Assembly (NCBI GenBank): GCA_964019335.1
Contig: OZ025749.1
Location: 253,042-317,041, forward strand
From: Diplonema japonicum
Taxonomy: Eukaryota > Protista > Euglenozoa: Diplonemea
Reading direction: 5' to 3'
DNA: 64,000 bases
The position numbers and the translations under genes are program-made. Shown here in pieces: positions 60,730 to 64,000 of the stretch; within the stretch, counting starts at the first letter, position 1, and the number at the start of each line of letters is the position of its first letter. The notes beneath the pieces are model-generated. The model saw only the letters and a list, made by a program, of their open reading frames with translations, searched no databases and had not been told where the DNA came from.

Positions 60730-61091
60730 TTGTTTGATGCTTAGAAGGACTCGAACAACAGAGTGCGCGCGAGGACTGCTGTGAGGAAGATGACCGTGAG
60801 CGAGATCTGTAGGGACAAGCGCGAAGAAGCAGGGCGGTGGGAAGGGAGCCCCCGGGCGGAGGGGCCGAGCCTACGCACTTTGGAGTGGGATCCAGACGCC
60901 GGAGGGAGATCAGTTGATAGGGGCCGAAGGGGAACAGCAGGTGGAGGTTGAGGCGGGAGGGAGACTTCATCCAGGCACATTCTCATTTTCCTCCCACCCC
61001 ATCATAGTTTACTAGTTTCACGAGTGGCGCTCCTTTTGTTGTTGTTAGACTTTAGGGGAGCTACTCAGGAGGGGGAAAAAGAAGGAACGCC
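60730..61091 (+). mobile_element. Probable retroelement 3' end abutting the first SL
   Basis: Purine-rich ORF tail ending at 60951, then stem-loop GAGTGGC...GCTACTC directly before the SL. Confidence 0.35.
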
Positions 61092-61129
61092 ACCAACGAT
61101 TCTAAAGCTACAGTTTCTGTACTTTATTG
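61092..61129 (+). other. Genomic copy of the spliced-leader exon (38 nt)
   Basis: ACCAACGATTCTAAAGCTACAGTTTCTGTACTTTATTG; the 3' half is the conserved euglenozoan SL, the 5' half is diplonemid-type (recalled, not searched). Confidence 0.92.
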
Positions 61130-61298
61130 GTCGTTCGTGTTCTGCTGGTGCCTGCCGCCTCTGCCTGGGTTTGCCGCTGCGTCCGTCATCCGTCGTCGCC
61201 GTCGTCCGGGGGGGTTGTTTTGCCCGTCGGCCTGCCCGCCGCTCAACGAAAGGATCCCCTCTCCCCCATCACACACTATAAAACAAAAAAAAAAAAAA

Positions 61299-62369
61299 AT
61301 GGATCCAAGACGACTCGCAGGAGGAGGTGACCGCAGCCGCAGTCCGCAGGAGCAAGCCCGCAGCCCGCAGTGCACGGCGCCGAGACCCACCCAACCAGGC
61401 AATCTGGTTGGGCAGTATGAATCCCCACCCCCTAGATCCCCCCACCCCCCTTTAGAAAAAAAAAATAATAAAAAAAAAAAAATCACAAGTAGAGACCGCG
61501 GTTTTGACCGCCACAACCAAGGGAGCAGCAGCCCCTGCTACAGCCACGGCCGCCCCGGCCGCAAGCACGACTGCTGCAGCAGCCCCAGCCGCACTGAACG
61601 CCGCAGCCGCCCCTGCCGCCTTGAACGCTGCAGCCGCCCCTGCCGCAACTGAGACCGCCGCAGCCGCCCCTGCCGCCTTGAACGCTGCAGCCGCTCCTGC
61701 CGCAACTGAGACCGCCGCAGCCGCCCCTGCCGCAAGCCCGACCTCCGCAGCCGACCCTGCCATAGTTGAAGAGGAAAAAAAAAAGAAGAAAAAGGGGGAA
61801 GGGTGGATACTGAAAGATGGTGAGCACCCCCCCGGGTTGAAGACAGGTGCTGCCCCCGCCTTCCCAGAAGCTCTGCTGTCCGGGAAGTGGGAGGCCGCAG
61901 GGCTCAAGGTGGTCCCCAACCAGGTACTTGTGAATAAGTACAGACCTGGTTGTGGATTGCCGCCCACAAGGACGACGCAAGACTGGGACCGGTCGTCCTA
62001 GTCTTGTCGTACGGGGCTGAGACCACAATGGTCATGAGGAAGGGGGACAGGGTAGCGAGGTACCTGGTGCCCCCCTTCTCATGGGCACTGTTGGAAGGCG
62101 AAGCGAGACACCAGTGGACACACCACATCCCGTCAGGGGTGTCCACTGGTGTCAGGGTGTCGATCACCCTGCGTGCGGTTGGCCCCAGGAAGACCCACCC
62201 CCTGGGCTAACAAACGAACCCCCCCCTTTTTTTTTAGAACCCTCCACGGAAGTAAAAAACAGACCCTCTTCGGAGGAAAATGGAGAGAGAGGGGAAGAGG
62301 CAGCGCTCCCAAAAGAGGGTAGTGTTCCTCCCCCCCATTTGTCCCCCCCTTTTTCATTTTTAGAGCCCT
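61299..62369 (+). pseudogene. Disrupted AlkB-domain ORF (unit 1)
   Basis: Colinear with 62643-63617 but with frameshifts and a 129-nt deletion; truncated by the next SL block. Confidence 0.85.
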
Positions 62370-62472
62370 CCAACGATTCTAAACCACGATTCTAAAGCTA
62401 CACCAACGATTCTAAACCACGATTCTAAAGCTACACCAACGATTCTAAAGCTACAGTTTCTGTACTTTATTG
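62370..62472 (+). repeat. Four 5' SL fragments followed by a 38-nt SL (62435-62472)
   Basis: [(A)CCAACGATTCTAA ACCACGATTCTAAAGCTAC]x2 plus SL. Confidence 0.92.
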
Positions 62473-62642
62473 GTCGTTCGTGTTCTGCTGGTGCCTGCCG
62501 CCTCTGCCTGGGTTTGCCGCTGCGTCCGTCGTCCGTCGTCGCCGTCGTCCGGGGGGGTTGTTTTGCCCGTCGGCCTGCCCGCCGCTCAACGAAAGGATCC
62601 CCTCCCCCCCAACACACACTATAAAACAAAAAAAAAAAAAAA

Positions 62643-64000
62643 ATGGATCCAAGACGACTCGCAGGAGGAGGTGACCGCAGCCGCAGCCGCAGCCCGCAGG
62701 AGCAAGCCCGCAGCCCGCAGCACACGGCGCCGAGACCCACCCAACCAGGCAATCTGGTTGGGCAGTATGAATCCCCACCCCCTAGATCCCCCCACCCCCC
62801 TTTAGAAAAAAAAAATAATAAAATAAAAAAATCACTAGCAGAGACCGCGGTTTTGACCGCCGCTGCTACAGCCACGGCCGCCCCAGCCGCCCTGAACGCC
62901 GCAGCCGACCCTGCCGCCCTGATCGCAACTGAGACCGCCGCAGCCGCCCCTGCCGCAGCCACGACCGCCGCGACCACGACCCCTGCAGCCAACCCTGCTA
63001 TTGTTGAAGAGGGAGGAAAAGAGGGAGAAAAAAAGGGGTGGGTACTGGTGTATGGTGAACACCCTCCCGGGTTGAGGACGGGCCCGGCCCCTGCCTTCCC
63101 GAAAGCCCTGCTTTCAGGAAAGTGGGAGGCCCTGTCTGGGAACTCAGGGAGGGAGACCCTCCAATACGGGTACCGGTGGGAGGGGGCGAACGCCAAGGTG
63201 CGCCCCACCACGGGGATCCCAGGGGGGGCGGAGGGGTGGGTGAGGAAGGTGGCCGCCGCCGCAGGGCTCGAGGTGGTCCCCAACCAGGTACTTGTCAACA
63301 AGTACAAGTCTGGTTGTGGGATTGCCGCCCACAAGGACGACGCGAGGCTAGGACCGATTGTCCTAGTCCTCTCGTACGGAGCCGGGACCACAATGGTCAT
63401 GAGGAGGGGGGACAGGGTGGCGAAATACCTGGTGCCCCCCTTCTCATGGGCATTGTTGGAAGGTGAAGCGAGACACCAGTGGACGCACCACATCCCGTCC
63501 GGGATGTCCACTGGTGTCAGGGTGTCGATCACCCTGCGTGCGGTAGGCCCCAAGCTCACCCGCACACCCCAGGAAGACCCATCCCCTGGGTTAACAGACG
63601 AACCCCCTTTTTTAGATCCGCAAACCCCGCAAACCCCGCAAACCCCGCAAACCCCGCAAACCCCGCAAACCCGCAAACCCGCAAACCCGCAAACCCGCAA
63701 ACCCGCAAACCCGCAAACCCGCAAACCCGCAAACCCGCAAACCCGCAAACCCGCAAACCCGCAAACCCGCAAACCCGCAAACCCGCAAACCCGCAAACCC
63801 GCAAACCCGCAAACCCGCAAACCCGCAAACCCGCAAACCCGCAAACCCGCAAACCCGCAAACCCGCAAACCCGCAAACCCGCAAACCCGCAAACCCGCAA
63901 ACCCGCAAACCCGCAAACCCGCAAACCCGCAAACCCGCAAACCCGCAAACCCGCAAACCCGCAAACCCGCAAACCCGCAAACCCGCAAACCCGCAAACCC
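62643..64000 (+). CDS. Open-ended ORF (at least 452 codons): Ala/Thr-rich linker, AlkB-family 2OG-Fe(II) dioxygenase domain, repeat-encoded tail
   Basis: A-tract-ATG MDPRR...; RETLQYGY, PNQVLVNKY, GIAAHKD, LSYG, GEARHQWTHHI, RVSITLR; no stop before the window end. Confidence 0.85.
   Translation, partial: MDPRRLAGGGDRSRSRSPQEQARSPQHTAPRPTQPGNLVGQYESPPPRSPHPPLEKKNNKIKKSLAETAVLTAAATATAAPAALNAAADPAALIATETAAAAPAAATTAATTTPAANPAIVEEGGKEGEKKGWVLVYGEHPPGLRTGPAPAFPKALLSGKWEALSGNSGRETLQYGYRWEGANAKVRPTTGIPGGAEGWVRKVAAAAGLEVVPNQVLVNKYKSGCGIAAHKDDARLGPIVLVLSYGAGTTMVMRRGDRVAKYLVPPFSWALLEGEARHQWTHHIPSGMSTGVRVSITLRAVGPKLTRTPQEDPSPGLTDEPPFLDPQTPQTPQTPQTPQTPQTRKPANPQTRKPANPQTRKPANPQTRKPANPQTRKPANPQTRKPANPQTRKPANPQTRKPANPQTRKPANPQTRKPANPQTRKPANPQTRKPANPQTRKPANPQTRKPAN
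63618..64000. repeat. Tandem array (AAACCCCGC)5 then (AAACCCGC) x~42, runs off the window
   Basis: Directly visible; 9-mers 63622-63666, 8-mers from 63667. Confidence 0.97.

Noticed and set aside
61167-61174. GGGTTTGC in the unit's UTR as a telomerase-like template for the array
   Set aside because: Only one unit with no realignment overlap, and the same 8-mer occurs elsewhere in the window.
61092-61300. Canonical SL RNA gene
   Set aside because: The exon is followed by GT, but the downstream sequence runs into a UTR and ORF; I see no T-tract terminator, and the two copies share no upstream promoter region. Not fully excluded without the species' SL gene.
62370-62472. CRISPR-like array
   Set aside because: No unique spacers or cas genes; the repeats are SL fragments.
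62765-62838. Intron (GTATG...A-tract...TAG) in the AlkB unit
   Set aside because: ATG 62643 is already in frame with the AlkB domain; splicing this segment would break the frame.
62360-63988. 542-aa minus-strand ORF and (RVCGFAGL)n ORFs
   Set aside because: Antisense shadow of the AlkB ORF and of the stop-free repeat.
63618-64000. Ordinary right-arm telomere
   Set aside because: Strand polarity is reversed, and the window end is not known to be a contig end.

Overview
Eukaryotic genomic DNA, very probably from a diplonemid (Euglenozoa). Support: a diplonemid-type spliced-leader (SL) sequence, about 25 host genes all on the + strand, short GT-AG introns filled with poly(A)/poly(T), and A-tract-ATG starts. 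Host genes include kinesin-14, kinesin-13, a four-domain Cav-like channel (filter EDEE), a triple-domain RidA beside a single RidA, Pam16, a TTC25/ODAD4-like gene, an SLBP-PB1 fusion, an OST3/6-like gene, WD40, an ECHDC1-like gene and several coiled-coil or unknown proteins. Mobile DNA: a nested island between two copies of a duplicated gene (tyrosine-recombinase fragment, CRE/SLACS-type endonuclease fragment, piggyBac relic), a TIR-complete non-autonomous piggyBac, an intact DD35D pogo-like transposon inside an intron, and several LINE-like 3' ends terminating in stem-loop + poly(T). The most unusual structure is at 60.7-64 kb: two head-to-tail units each start with a genomic SL copy, then a shared 5' UTR and an ORF with an AlkB-family dioxygenase domain. 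The second unit is preceded by reiterated 5' SL fragments, and its ORF (absent from the ORF track because it has no stop) reads into an (AAACCCCGC)5(AAACCCGC)n array that runs off the window. All calls come from reading motifs by eye; no database searches were run, and homopolymer lengths may contain sequencing error.
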